Source: Takakia lepidozioides (Eukaryota > Plantae > Bryophyta). Taken from it: a stretch of DNA of 64,000 bases. The position numbers and the translations under genes are program-made. The stretch covers positions 14,012,001 through 14,076,000 of the forward strand of contig CM060734.1 of NCBI GenBank assembly GCA_030704615.1, read 5' to 3'. The stretch's first letter is position 1. Each line of letters opens with the position of its first letter. Shown piece by piece: positions 37,661-51,658 of the stretch. The notes under the pieces were generated by a model that was not told the DNA's origin, made no database searches, and saw only the letters and a program-made list of their open reading frames with translations.

Positions 37661-38434
37661 GGGCAAATTTCAGATTTTGCTTTGGGGTTTATTTTCAGTT
37701 TTTGTTGCATGCTTATGCACCACTCGTACATGCAAGGGACGTGACCTTTCATAGTGCAAAACACGGACATGACCTTTCACAACTTGCCCTTCACACGCGA
37801 CTTTTCACCAGTAATCCCCCGATCCCCCGATTCGAAACCTGCCGTCCCTCATCCCTCACCCCGTGGTCCCCTCATCCCCTTATCCCCCATCCAGCTCCCG
37901 ACATTCCCTCCATGATCCCCTCATCTCCCGGCCTGTTCCCTGTTCCCTGATCCCCTGATCTCCCCACCCGTCCCCCTGGTTCCCTGATCCCCTCTTCTCC
38001 TAGCCGGTTCCCCTGCTTCCCTAATCCCCTGATCTCCCACCCATTCCCCTGGTTCCCTGATCTATCCCGCCCGTTCCCCTGCTTCCCCGATCCCCGCTAA
38101 CCCCTTATACAATCCCTTGTCTTCTTCATCCCCTCATCCCCCGACCGCCCTGAACCTGAGCCCCTAATCCCGGATCCCCTGATCCCTCCCCCCCCCCTTA
38201 CCCCCCTTACCCCCCTTGATCCCTGGTTTCTGATCCACCTCAAGGATCCCCTCACCCCTTCATCCCCTTCACAACATAGTGGACGCCAAAAAGAAGGCAC
38301 AAAGGGATTACAAAGAGGAGGACAAGCTTCATTTTTTTTCGTGGGGAATGGAGATACAATAGCTACATCCGAGGCATCCGAGGCATGCACATGCGACAGT
38401 CTATGCTGCAAATCTGCATCATCCCAATTATCCA

Positions 38435-41400
38435 CTATCCATCCACAAAATCCTGCTTTGATACTGCGTACTCACATGTAAACCAATCTGCTGTAAAAGT
38501 TGCCCCCCATTTTTTTGTGATTTTGGTCTCCAAGTATTTCTGTATGAAAGTCATTACAAAGTAGCCACACTCCCAGCCGCTTGGTTGTTGTGGCACCTCA
38601 GGTTCCAGCCACTCCCATGCCATTATTTCATTCCAAAGTACTGAGTCCGGTTCGGCTTTGTGTAGGTATGCTCTAAAAGTGCGAAGACGCGTTTCAAAGG
38701 CAAGTCGGCTATGGGATTTGAATGATGTCATGGAATTCAGATGAACAAACTTGGACTTATCAAAAACCATCAAACTCCAATGGCCCCTGCAGAACGCACA
38801 TGTGTTTGAGGCCAGACACCACTAATGCTTTCCATTCTCCAAATCAAATCAAAGTCGGTCAAAGCTGCAAAATAGGAGGATTGAGGGACGTACCCAGAGC
38901 ATAAGGGGATGAACCATGTCTGAACCTTATCTGGATCCTTCCCTAGGCACTTCTCAGTTACCCAATCATTTACAAGCCCTTTGGAAATCCTGTGAAGGTT
39001 GTCCTTGGTTGATGCCTCCAAAGCCGTCCATATCAGTGTGTCCATCACAGCCCACCAGCAACGATTACTCTCCTCCAGGGATAGCTGCAAAAATTGGCAT
39101 ACAAAAACACCCCTCCATCCCCCGCTTCCCCATACAATTTTGACAACCGTAGATAATCCCATGAACCCAGAATGGACTCCTATGAAGAAAACAAGGCAGC
39201 CCTTGTCCTCTGGGAGCTTTTCCCTCAGTCTATTCTGGTTTCTGCATTTAACACAAGTTCACGAAGTCACACAGGTAGGCAATTAACTGTTAAGGGTGTT
39301 TTCAAGCAACCATATCATCCCCCTATCATGCGTATAAGCCCTGCTGAATGTACTCACCATGAATTTGGTCCCCCTTGGTCGTTGGAAGCCCTGGCCCACT
39401 TACTTAGTGACTTCTGGCCGACCAGATTTCGCCTTCCGTTTCTTCCCTGTTCTGGTGATAGCTTTACTTTCCCCCTCAGCTGCACGGTTCTCCTCCCTCC
39501 CCCGCATCGTCACCCGTTTTTTGCGCACGCTCGGCTCCCCTCATCCTTCGGGGGTCTTTGCTTCCCCTTGCGATCCCCTCTCCGGTCTGCTCCCCCTTGC
39601 CCTTCATGTGTTCCTTCTCCTTCCCCTTATCCTTTGTTTCTTTCTGATCCACCTGCTCCATGCCCTGCAATTGGCGTCCCGAAGTTTTTGCAGCAACCCT
39701 ATGCCGTGTTCGACCTGCTACTGGGCCAGATGATGGTTTGCCGGAGGTCAAACCCATGTGCAGGGGGGTTGGAGCAGAAACCATAGGCGCAGGCACCGTC
39801 AGACCCGTGGTGAATGTGGAGCCAGGGGTGACCCCCAATTCAATATTCCAAGGATCTGTGGAAGCGATTGGAAGCAGTACCAAGGGGCTGGAGTAAGCGC
39901 TCTGCTGTGGGGAGACCAGACTATCTGCGAGTGCGGATAACAACGGGATGGCCTGTGGATGATACGGGGTGCACCTAGGAAAACTGACATGGGCGGAACA
40001 AACCCCTCCGTTGCCAATTCGGTGTTCCCTGCCAATGACTGGCGTTCAGGGGTCACCAACGTTGAAATAACCTCAACCTGTGTCGTCGGCAGAGGACTGG
40101 AAACAGCTGCAAATCTGCTGGACTTGGTAGTTGGATCCACCATTCTTGGCACATCCTCCCTCTCCACGTGGGAAGTACACACAGACTCGGGATGAGTTGA
40201 AAGAGGTGATTGGACAAGGGCAGAGTGAAGGACCACAGAGAGACACATCAGCCGCGCAGAGCATATACATGGAGGGGAGCAGGCATGACATCGGGAACAA
40301 CGTTGGGGGATGACACCTCGGGTGATGGAGCACTGAGGGGGGGACCAGAGGGAGTCACAGTAGCATGCAAGAGAGCAGACAGATGTGGGGAAGAAGAGTG
40401 GAAGTCAGGGGCAGACAGGGGGGGACCAGGGTCACACACGGATGCATGCTTCGTAGAAGACAGATCTGGGGGAGCAGACAAAAATCGGGAGTAGAGGTGG
40501 GGGCTGCCAGGGCTAAAGGGAGATCAGAAAGGGAGGGAGCAGTAATACACTCTAAAGCAGTACCAGATGAGGGGGGAGCACAAAAAGAAACTCATGCGAG
40601 GAGGGAGATGAGTCCGATGGGATAGCATGTGGTGAGACGAGGGTAGCCACTTCTGGGGGAGCAGATAATGGAAGAAGTGCAGAGGCGGGGGGATCACATG
40701 GTTGGGGAGGAGTTGTAGAGAGGGCGGCAGACACAGAGGGGGGGGCGGAGAGGAGGGTAGCACCTGGTGCGGGTTCACAGATTTGAAGGGGAGCAGCGGC
40801 GGGGACATCACATGATGGGGCAGCAGAGACAGAGAGGGTAGCAGAGAGGAGGGCCGCTCCTTGGGAGCGATCAGAGATAGGAAGGGGAGAAGAGGGGGGT
40901 AGCAGAGACAGCGAGGGCAGCGGAATATTCCCTTGGGGAGTCTAAAAGAAGACTGTGAGGCAGAACAGTATGAGAGGGGATGGGATTGACATCAACCTCC
41001 GCAATGGGTGTGTAGAAACCTGCCGTCGGAGATTCCACTTGAAAAGTCTCTGTATGAGGCGTTTGAAGGTCTTCAACCCGTGAGGGTGTTGGCGACGCCA
41101 TCTGCGATGCATGGTGGGACAACTGCGATGAATTGAAGGCGTCCACGTCGATGTGGGAAAGGTGAGGGGCATATGGTGACACTCGTCGGTCGTATAGTTC
41201 ATGTCTTCTCGCCAACAACACCTTGTTTGCTCGTAAGACCTCTCCATGGCATTTTGAACTCCAACATCAGCTGCCTCAGCCTCACCTATCACAGAGACAA
41301 GCGCTTGTGTCTTAGCTTTGACCCCCGTGATCCCTGATCCCCCGATCCCCGACTGTAAAGTCTGCTTCCCCATTTATCTATTCCAATTCTGATCTTCACA

Positions 41401-43321
41401 ATGACAGACTGTTGGAGAGGCAAAGCATGCACTTACTCAAAAGATGCACGTAGCGTCCCAAATCAATGTGCTCCCGCCTAAACAATAATCCTCCCAGGCC
41501 CTGGCTGCACGCCGTATCCCTTTGGCATCGTTGCCCTTGCACCACAAAACTTGGAAGTGGGCGTTTCCGTTGCTGCAAATTCATGAAACGCTCGGGCACG
41601 CACCATGCAAAGAAATGCTCGGTAAGAGTCGACGATCTGCATTTTGTCCTGCATTGTACCATATCTAAGCTGACCCTCTGCCAGGAGCACTTCTTTCAAC
41701 ATACTCTCTGATTCTGAAAATTCCCAAACGTCCGCCAACCTCCATGCAAAAGAGTCCAAATCCATGGTAGGGCAGTTTGTGAGCAGTCTGCGGTGCAAAA
41801 AGCATCATGATATGACTGGGGCAGATGCCGTGTCTTAAATCGGCCAAAGGATACAAGTGTGAAAACTGGGGTCGAGGGTCCATGGTAGAAAAAACTTGGA
41901 GGGGAACAGGGACCGGAGGCAGTCGGGCTGGACATTGACGTTTCAGCCAGGTGACAATGGCATCAGATTCCTCGGTAGTTCTTAGGAGAGGGAATTCAGG
42001 AAGCAGACGTCAAACGTCCTGCTCCTCCAGCAATAGTTCAACAATATCAAACTGGAGATCTAGAGATGAGGGGGGGGCAGCAGAGGAGGGAGCAGCAGAG
42101 GGGGGAACGGTGCAAGGGGGACATGACGTGGGGGGACCTGATATGGGGCGAGCAGACCTGTTTGCGGCGGGGGGGGGGGGGATGCAACACAGAATGAGCA
42201 TTACAAAGGGGGCAATCCTGGGAAACTATTGGGGGAGCAGATGGCCATAAACTCAAAAGGAGATTGGGGGGTGAAGCAAACTTGTTCTTGTAGAAGCCAT
42301 CTTCTCCAGCGGCGTTCAGCCCTCTCCACTCGCATTGCAAAACCTCCACTCCATGCAAAATCCACAAATGCATCCCAGAATCTTTCATCATTCTGGTCAG
42401 CAAAATTGGAAGGGAGAAGTCCATGTTGCAGGAGTATAAATGTTCCAGCAGGAGTGATCGGGTGCGGGTGTCGTGGTCGTGGTCGAGCCCCATCCCCTGC
42501 AAGAGGCCCCGAGCTCCCAGGCTGCTCCCCTCGTCCTGATGAGTAGTCTGCTCCCCCACATCTGCGTGTCTTCGCTGTTTTCCGGACTGGCCCCCCTGAC
42601 TTTGAGACGGATCCCCCCATGTCCGATCCCCCCCATTTCTGCTGCTGGCTGCTCACGACTGTAGGGATACTTTTTCTTTGGCTTTCTACTCCAAGTGACA
42701 GCGAGTTCAGGCCGCACTTTGGCTTGTCTCTCACGGGCGGAGGGTAAAGTAGTAACAATCTTAACCTTTTTTGCCCCCTTCTTTGGTTTGGTGCGCTCAA
42801 AATCGGTGTTGGATCCACTACGGCTACTCCTCTTATGAGGGGCAGCAACTTGTGACGGTGCAGGCGCATCAGGCTTCGTTTTCTCGCTCCTTTGGGCTGC
42901 TGCTGCCGATCAGTAGGGGACACGTCGTCTCCTGGTACGCGCCGCGCTTCGGGGTTTGTACACCCTCTAACCTCTCCACAAAATGAGTAACCTGCTTCGG
43001 GAACTCGGCAGCGGGCCAGGGTTTTAGTGGCAACTCAACCTCGTCCCAACCATCCACCATGTTCAACCAATGACAACCCTCCCCATCAATGACATGCCTA
43101 TTCAACCTAACCTTATCCTTCATGGGCCGCCCAAAAAACTTGCACTTATAGGGATTCCTTTGTTTCGCGCCATCACAAACTCTGAGGTCCGCCTCTGCCT
43201 CCACTATCATCTCCCACTCAGTTGGCGTATACCAGAAAGGAACCTCGTCCCCTTTCTTAGGCTTGTGCCAAAAAACTAGCATACCATCCTCAGGGGGAAC
43301 AACCTTAGGCCTAGTCTTCGC
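38435..43321 (-). CDS. Long MULE accessory gene ending in a Ulp1-like (C48) protease domain (fragmented)
   Basis: C-terminal exons: VQTWFIPLCS|GHWSLMVFDKSKFVHLNS...EVPQQPSGWECGYFVMTFI (38435-39050). Upstream same-strand ORF pieces (42869-43432 MAKTRPK..., 42201-42923, 41478-41798, 40871-41221, 39476-40248) are inferred to belong to one gene. Confidence 0.6.
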
Positions 43322-44519
43322 CATCGGCAACGAGCACACGACGCCGAAGTACAGAAAAGAGGATATGAGTAGAGCACCTGAAAAACCACAACGAAGAGCC
43401 ACCACCGAAGAGTCGCTTCGCGAGGAAGACATTTCGCACGTGCAGTGTCCCTAGGAGAGCGGGCACGTGGGGGAGCAGGGGATCAGTCGATGGACACGTG
43501 GCGACAGCACCAAAGTGGGGATCACTGATGTCGACACGTGGGGAGATTGGGCGGTCATAAGGGGGAAGGCATGGGGAGATGTGAAGGGGGAGCGAACCCT
43601 AGCCACTCCCAGAACATGGGGATCAAAGTAGGGGACCAGACACATGGGGGGATGTTAGTACAGGGGAGCTGACATGTGCGGAGAGTACTGGATATGACAT
43701 GCATGGCAATTCTGTGGTCAGGGAGGTGACATGTGGGCAGCGAAGACAGGGGGAGCGGCGGGGGGACCAGACAGTGGGGGAGCAAAAACTCAGGAGGGAT
43801 TGGATGTTTGGGGTTTTGCAAGTGACGGATTGAGGGAGGGAGACAACTCATGAGAGGAAGGGGACCAAAACTGCAGGGGTAGGGAACATGAGAAGAGACC
43901 ATTGTGTAGGACGAGTAAAACACCATGCTAGGTCGAAAAATAAATCCCTATAAGTGCATGCATTATGAGCTGGCCGGTATACAACCATCTTGGACTCTCC
44001 AACCTCCATCAATCCTATTCAGCTGCTCGATACCCAACCATGTTCGATTCTGCAACACACAGATGTTCACATTTGAATCTAGCAAGGTAAGTAGTATGAA
44101 AAACAAACATGAAGTTGAGGCTGAAGTTTAATATGTGAAAGGTACTATAGTTACAGATCCTCATCCCCCTGCACGTGGGATTTGGTGCAGCCTACGCCAA
44201 TCCTGTCAGCTTTCAAAACAACAAAAACAACAAACAAGAGAGGCAAACAAGAAAGAACAACAAAAGAAGAAGAAGAAGAAGAAGAAGAAGAAGAGAAGAA
44301 GAAAACCCCTGTACGCATTGTATGCAAGACGTGAGTCGCAAGAGAATCACAGACGCCATAGAGCGCACACGATTGAGGCCCTGGCAGGTCATCCCAAGCC
44401 CATCGTAGCAGGAGCACGAACAAGCATGACAGCTGGAAACCCTCGCTCAATCCAGATGGAGAACCCTACCTCCACGACGAAGTGAACAGCACATGCAGGT
44501 CCACGTGGTGCGATACCCA

Positions 44520-45898
44520 CCGTTGGGATTGGGGGATCGGTCGAAGGGGGATGGGGGATCACTCCCGCCCTGGACGGGGGGATCAACCCAGTTGCGGGGG
44601 AACGGCTCCGATGGGATGAGGGGATCGACGGCGGGGGGAGCGCCATGTGGCGGTGGGCGTGCCATGGGGCCTTCATCCGGCCGTCGTCCATCCACTGCAC
44701 GGGAGGATGGCCGGGGGATGAGGGGCGGATGACCCAAAACATCCATTGTTTTGAGGTTGGATGGATGCGCAGGGGATCGACAGTTCGGGGGAAGCAGCAC
44801 GTGGCGGGCGATTAGGGGTGGGGGATCACTCCCGGTCCGGAGTGGGGATCAAGCCAGGTCGGGGGGGGGAGCGGCGACGTGTCGGGGGATTGCGCCGTGG
44901 ATGGGACGAGGGGATTGGCGGCGGGGGGAGCGCCACGTGCCGTCCGATGGGTGGAGGGGGATCAGTCACCGCATTGGACGGGGGATCAACCGAGGGGAGG
45001 GGCGGCGACGTGTCGGGGGATCGGGCCGTCGATGGGAAGAGGGGATCGACGGCGGGGGGACCGGCACGTGGCCTATCAGTGTCATCGCCCCTTCATCCGG
45101 CCGTCGTCCATCCCTTGCGTGGGAGGATGGCAAGGGGATGAGGGGCGGATGACACACAACATCCATTGTTTGTGAGGTTGTGTGGATGCGCAGGGGATCG
45201 ATGGTCCGGGGGAGCCGCACGTGGCGGGCGATTAGGGTTGGGGATCACTCCCGGTCTGGAAGGGGATAAAGGTGTGTTGGGGGAGCGGCGACGTCTGGGG
45301 GGTGTGCCGTGGATGGGAGGAGGGGATCGACGGCGGCGAGAGCGCCACGTGGCGATGGACGCGTCATGGGGCCTTCATCCAGCCGTCATCCATTTAATTG
45401 AGGTTGGATGGATGGGGAGGGGATCGACTCGGGGGGAGCGCCACGTGGCTGGAGATGGGGATGGGGATCACTCCGGCACTGGAAGGGGGATCAACCCAGG
45501 GAGGAGATCGACGGTTCGGGGTAGTGCCACGTGGCTGGAGATGGGGGTGGGGGATCACTCCGGCACTGGAAGGGGGATCAACCCAGTGAGGGGATCCACA
45601 GCGGGGGGCCGCCACGTGGCTGGAGATCGGGCAGTGCTGTGGGGCGCCGCGTGGCCAGCGGTGGGGCGGGGATCAGGGGTCCGGGCGGGCGGGCGGGCGG
45701 GCGCAGGGGTCAGGGGGGGCGGGGAGCACGGGCGGGGCAACGGGCGGAGGGGTCGGAGGGGGTGGGGATGATTTGACATGGGGCGTCCAACTCGCCGACA
45801 AGGCTGCCGGAGCGGGGGTTCCCCGGCTGTACCTCGCGGGCCGTACCCGTCAGCTCACACGCTTGCAATAAAATCAAGCCACATCCATATTGGGACCG
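44520..45898 (-). repeat. Right TIR plus a duplicated subterminal block
   Basis: Inverted match to the left TIR; 44520-44890 repeats part of the TIR. Confidence 0.9.
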
Positions 45899-48794
45899 GA
45901 AAAACATGACCTCTTGATTGATAACCGCGGGGTAAATTTCCAAATCCTTACATTGTGCATAACCGTGTGTACTCCACCCCGGAGAAAATACTGTCAAAAA
46001 AGTCCAAAATATGAGACCCGCCCAACATCGACGTACACCATGTAACAGCACTAGACATGGGCAAACACTTGCCCCACCTCTCCTAATGACTTGCAAATCC
46101 TTAGGTACACACATTAGATATCCGTTTTATCCATACGTAGGTTGGCCATAATGGTTGGTATTGAATAGAAACCTATATTTAGTTTTGAGCCATGATTTGT
46201 TAGGGAGTTGGTATCCTACGAGCACAGTCTGAGAAGAAAAGGCGTGAGTGGGACAAAAAAACAAGTATGAGCACCATCCACGATTACACGTCGTAGGTGG
46301 ACATAGGGTACTGCTATGTTACTAGGGTCAGTTACATGGTCTATGAGTATATTTTAACAAAAACCCTCTGTAAAACACAAATCTTACACTACTTTTAATA
46401 TTATGATATTATAGACAGCAATATTTGGCTAGCAAAACTACCTCAAAATTTGTGATCATGCGAGCATGTTTCATTGGCGTAAAAAATAAAAATGCAGTAT
46501 TTCGCCTACGAAAACTACTTCACTATTTGTGCTCACGCGACCACAATGAGTGTTGTTAGTGAAATAACCAGTGTTGGGCGGTTCTCTATATTCGTGACCA
46601 CTAACCGCGGGACCGGTTATGGATATATACCCACTACACCCGAGGTTCTAAAAAACTTTAATAACCTGCCGTGCTCACCACCGGCGGGGCGCACATGCCC
46701 CGCTTGGGTTTGGAACCAGCGGGCATGAGACATTGTTTTTAATTAACCTGACCTGTGTGGGGTAAGATGAGACCCCCGGTTACTATTAATGATACTTGGT
46801 GGTAACCAGCGGTTACTTGTTCTAGGTTTAGCCAGCATCTCGTGTTTACTCTCTTATTCTTGGTACAATGATAAGGAAGAGGTCTTTGTGAATCATATGA
46901 ACGCAAAGTGTGTTGGAATAAATATAGAAGTGCTATAGTTCACCAAAGTGCCTAAGCCGTAAGGCTCTTCTAACCGTAACCGTTACAAGGACCGGCAATT
47001 CTATCCCAGTTATTAGATTTATAATATATCCGAAACCGGATTGGCTGAAAGTAGCCAAATAACCGGTATGTAACAGAACCGGAAGACATGAAACGACACT
47101 TAATAACCGGCTCGGTGGTTCTTGAAAATCTTCAAAACCTAAATAACCTGAACCGGAGGTTCCTAGAAAAAACATCATAACGAAAATAAAAGAGAGTTTC
47201 GCGTGAGCACAAATTTTGAAGGGAAGACAATAGGAAGCGTGTGATCTGACGGTACTTTCGCCGGATTCCTACAGCCTGAGCTCCTCCGGCGGGGCCCCTG
47301 TCAAACCTCCCCACCCCTTCTTACCTCGGTTTCACTATTAAATACTTAAGAATCCAGATGAGTTTATGCTGCGGTGCGGAGCGTGATGGTAAGCCTGATA
47401 ACTTTGCAGGCGGTGAGGATCCAGGTTTGATTCTTGATGGGAAGCCTTGTAATGTAACCGGGTATTAGTATTCCAATCTGTGTAACCCCCGGTCTCTCAT
47501 GTAACCTTGGTTAGTCCATTTTATACTTCGTCAAATTTTGAGACCAAGTGTGAGTTACACCAAGTGGAGTTACACTAACCCAATATAACCCCAAGTGGAG
47601 TTACACGCCTTGTCATGTAACCCAGTGTAACCCCCATTGGAGTTTACACTCCTTCAGTTCCATGTCACTATCAAGAGAGAGTGGGGAGGATTTGACATGC
47701 CAGCGCACCATCCTGTCGGAGGTTGCATGTGTGCATTAAGTTCTTACATTATTCCTATTATCATTGGTTTCACAATTTTGTCCTGTGAGCATATTTTCGT
47801 TGCAATGTAGCATCTTCTTAGGATATTTCAGGAATCTATGGAATATTCTACTTTGCTGTCGTGAGTATGTTCACAGCCGACCCAACCTCATTGGTTATAT
47901 GGGCGACTTGCACCCTGTACCCATTGGACCATATGTTGGATTCTAAAACTACATGTAGATGTATTTAGTTTATACTAATGTCTTACTCTAGCAATTAGAT
48001 TAGGACTTGAGACACATCATAGTGAGAAGCTTAGGCCAGGTTGCATAGGCGCTTCCAATCAGCCCCCAAGGAACCAGGCCGAGATGGAATCTCCTCTCCA
48101 AAACCTTCAAGGGCATTCTATTTAAGCAAATGAGGGGGCTACAAAGTTGGGGGCAATTGGAAGTGCCCATAGGATCCCTTCGATTTCAGTTTCCAATTGT
48201 GAAAAGTTGAGACTTTTTTGTTTCCAATGTGTAAACACCACCTTACATTCTTTGCATTGGTGACACATTGGCTATTTAACTTGGGGGCCTGTGCTCTTGG
48301 AGGGGGATATGCTCTAGCTCAAACAATATGCAACTCATGGCTTTAATGTAATGGCATGTATGGTGAGTGTGAGTTGAGTGCTGGAATTGTGATGTGGTAG
48401 CTCTTGGCAAGTGATTCTAAACCGTCTACAAAGACACGCTCTCCAATTGTATCCACTGGAAAAAATCACTCGTAGCAGCGGAAAAGTTAAAACCATAGAG
48501 CATAAACTTTGCTTCACAACTTACAAGCTGTATTATGAGAATCCATGTTGTTGCGAAGAACTTACCATAGAAAAGACATGACACAAAACATAAACTGCTA
48601 AACTACATGTAATGGGTGCAAGAATAAAGTTGTGGTGATTGAGAGAGAAAGAGAGGGGGGCCTGCAGAAGCAAGCCTACTTTTCGTATATTTCACCTTGA
48701 AAGGCTCTACTGGCATTGCTAAAATGCATGACTTACCAGAATGATCTGTACTTTCCTGGTAATAACCAAAATAGGTCCCAACACATGTAGTAGA

Positions 48795-51658
48795 TCATGA
48801 GACACCATTAGTGGCTGGTTTGTCCAGGGTCAACACATAGGAATCGTAGTTCCAAGCCTTGACCTCCTCAATAAATTTCTTCAGGTTCCTCGGCACTGAC
48901 CCTCCCTCTTCCACTGCTGCTGTGGCCAATTCTTTCAGCCTCTCAACATGGATTTTAGCATTCTTCCCCTCAGGACCCTCCATCAGACACCTCACAGCCC
49001 TCTCAACCTCCTCCTTTCCAACAGACTTATCTGGCCTCTTGAACACCTCAACGGCAACCTTCAGGTCATCCACAAGCATCCTGCAGATGTTGGCATTGCC
49101 CACTTTTGTACTTTTGACACAAACACAATAGAGGAATATCTGCGTATTTCTAGAAGGTTTGCATTGAGCTGTAGCATGCTATACCTGGTGCTCGATTGTG
49201 TCAGCCAATTAGACATCAGGCCCCCCGCAAACCTAAAATAATGTGGCATTTCAAGCAACCAGTAGGTCTAATACAAGATCGAACATAATGACGATCACAG
49301 GATTAGGAATGTAGAATTTCAAATACCTAGAGGGTTCCTTCCTTAGTATAATGTACTACATCCAAAGCTTGTCAAGTTCCTTGTATCCTTGTATTATAAG
49401 AAAATGTAGAGAGACCCTTTTCAAATGCATGTATCTGTAGAGTTTGTAATTCTGCATCCCTCTCTGTCTGAAGCAAGATGAAAATCTGAACATCCTTGTA
49501 AACACAACATCTTAGAATCAAGCTGTTCTCTCCCACCCTGGGTCCAGATCCGAGAAGGTTGACTAGACAGTTACCCTTCTGCAGAAACAAGAAGACCTGT
49601 AGATAGTGTCTACGTCTGGGCGAGTGACTGGACTGGAACAGGGCCTACAACGAAATGTAAGTAGGGTGCAACAACGTACCTGCGATTCATAAACTGCTCA
49701 GCTTGAATGGGCCATGCAAGCATTGGTACACCTCGGCATATACTCTCCAGCAACGAGTTCCAGCCACAGTGTGTTAGGAAGCCACCAACAGCTGGACTTG
49801 AGAGGATCTCCAGCTGCGGGACCCACCCATTTACCACTAATCCACGCTCCTCTGTGCGTGTTACAAACCCTTGTGGGAGCCAGACCTCCGTAAAGTCTGT
49901 CTTGTCACTTCGGGTGCGGACTACAAAAAGGAAACGCTGCTGGCTTGCCTCCAAACCCAGAGCTAGCTCATGGATTTGATGGATAGGGAGGACAGCAACA
50001 CTTCCAAAGGAGATAAAGAGAACGGAAGATTCAGGCTGTGCATCTAGCCAGTTCAGAGATGGATGTCTTGCTTTCGAGAGTTTCTGTACAGTGTCTGGAG
50101 TAGATTTGCTGAAGTAGGTCGCAGGGAGCATTGGACCGACTGGCAGCATGCTCAAAAGACGACCAACCTGCACCTTCAAAGGCTGAGTCACTAGTGACAA
50201 GACATAAGAGACAATAGAAAGCTTGAATATATTTTTTGTACCTTTATTTGCACCACCACTTAATGCAGCCCAGACCCTTTATGAGAGAATTGAGAACCCA
50301 GAAACAGAAGACCAGATGACACTGGCCACTGGCCATCAATAATGGGCAAGTTAGAGATCACGCCAATCTGGGCAAAGGATTTGAGTGCAAGCTAGAGATC
50401 ACGGGAGCACCCATTCTACTAGCCAGCCAGTACAGAAAGAGCTTCACAGAGATATACTTGAACAGGAACAAAGGAGAGTGTTGACCTGTGTCTTTCCAGT
50501 GCCAAATCTGTGAGTCCGTAGAGCATCAATGCAGACAGGTTCCAACTCATAGTAGGTGTTGATGAGCATCCCAGCAGCTTGCATCATCAGTTCGCCATTC
50601 AACATATACCATAGGAATATAGATGAAGTGTGGTCTTGGACAGGTGAAGGCAGATCCCCTAACTTTGTGGGTGGAACGCCAGGAAATCATAGACAAGTTC
50701 TTCAGCTCTTGAAGGGTCTGTTGGCAACACCCCTCGCGCAAGAAGTGCAGGACAATGTAGGTGGGGTTGCCAATGCATTTGCCGGAGATGCAAACAGGAC
50801 ATACCTCGGTATCTTGAACTTGTTTGCCACAGCCTGTGTGGCCAGCCAGATTAAATGGGTCATGAAACGGTACACACACTGTCATGTTTATGTTTACAAA
50901 CCCACCTCATGACAGCAACAAGGGAAATGGCAAGAAAGCTGTGACGGCTCAAATCTTTTGAAGCTAGAAGTGGCTACAGTGAACACTTGAACTCACCTGA
51001 ATAGCAGTCTTGATTTTGAAAGCCAATGTCCATTCCAGGTGACATGGAAAGCTATATACCAGACAAAACTCTTTCCAGCTTGCGTAGTTCCTAACCTGAC
51101 AAATTAAACTAAGTGGAGTAGCAGCCCCTGGTTCAGTGAGATTGTGAGGGATCCAGGACTGTGCTAGAACATAAATCACTAGATACATGATGTGAACACC
51201 TAAAAATAGTATGATACAACAAAACAGTTTACTGGATCTGTCTTACATCTGACCAGATAAAAAATCTTGTACCCTCCTCGACTAGTTGAAAGGACTCGCC
51301 TGTGTCCATCCCAGGAACATATCACTGACAATGCAGTCCGGGGGAGATTCTGGATTTTCATGCGTGAGATTCTCCACCAGCTTTTCCGTATCCCCAACCA
51401 AATTGTCAATCTCGTCCACATACGGCAGTGGCTCCATAGCTGCGCCCTTTGCCGAGGGCACTCCTAAAGTTACCACACGCATGCTGTCCAAAGAATGGAG
51501 GCTTTCGAAGACATGGTCCACGGACAAATGTTGGTACATATCTACAAAGGTAACCGTGACTCCAAAGCTGTTCAACTTCATAGCAAAATGCACCAGTGGA
51601 ATGCTATGCCCTCTAGCAGGATAAGGAAGTAGCAAGACATGCACTCTCCGCTGGCCAT
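48795..51658 (-). CDS. Plant family-1 UDP-glycosyltransferase, 4 exons
   Basis: Exons 51658-51300 (GC donor), 50833-50486, 50167-49680, 49080-48795. HVLLLPYPARGHSIPL (catalytic His), DCIVSDMFLGWT, PSPG box WVPQLEILSSPAVGGFLTHCGWNSLLESICRGVPMLAWPIQAEQ. Three 1-bp indels, probably assembly errors. Confidence 0.93.

Larger units (their letters stand above)
32064..45898. mobile_element. Mutator-like DNA transposon (MULE), 13.8 kb, long TIRs and 9-bp TSD
   Basis: Ends CGGTCCCAATATGGATGTGGCTTGATTTTATTG... and ...CAATAAAATCAAGCCACATCCATATTGGGACCG; flanks GAAGAACAT (32055-32063) and GAAAAACAT (45899-45907), 8/9 identical; internal SWIM transposase and Ulp1. Confidence 0.93.

Noticed and set aside
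46560-47660. Scattered AACCGG/GTAACC motifs as a defined element
   Set aside because: No termini or coding motifs recognisable.
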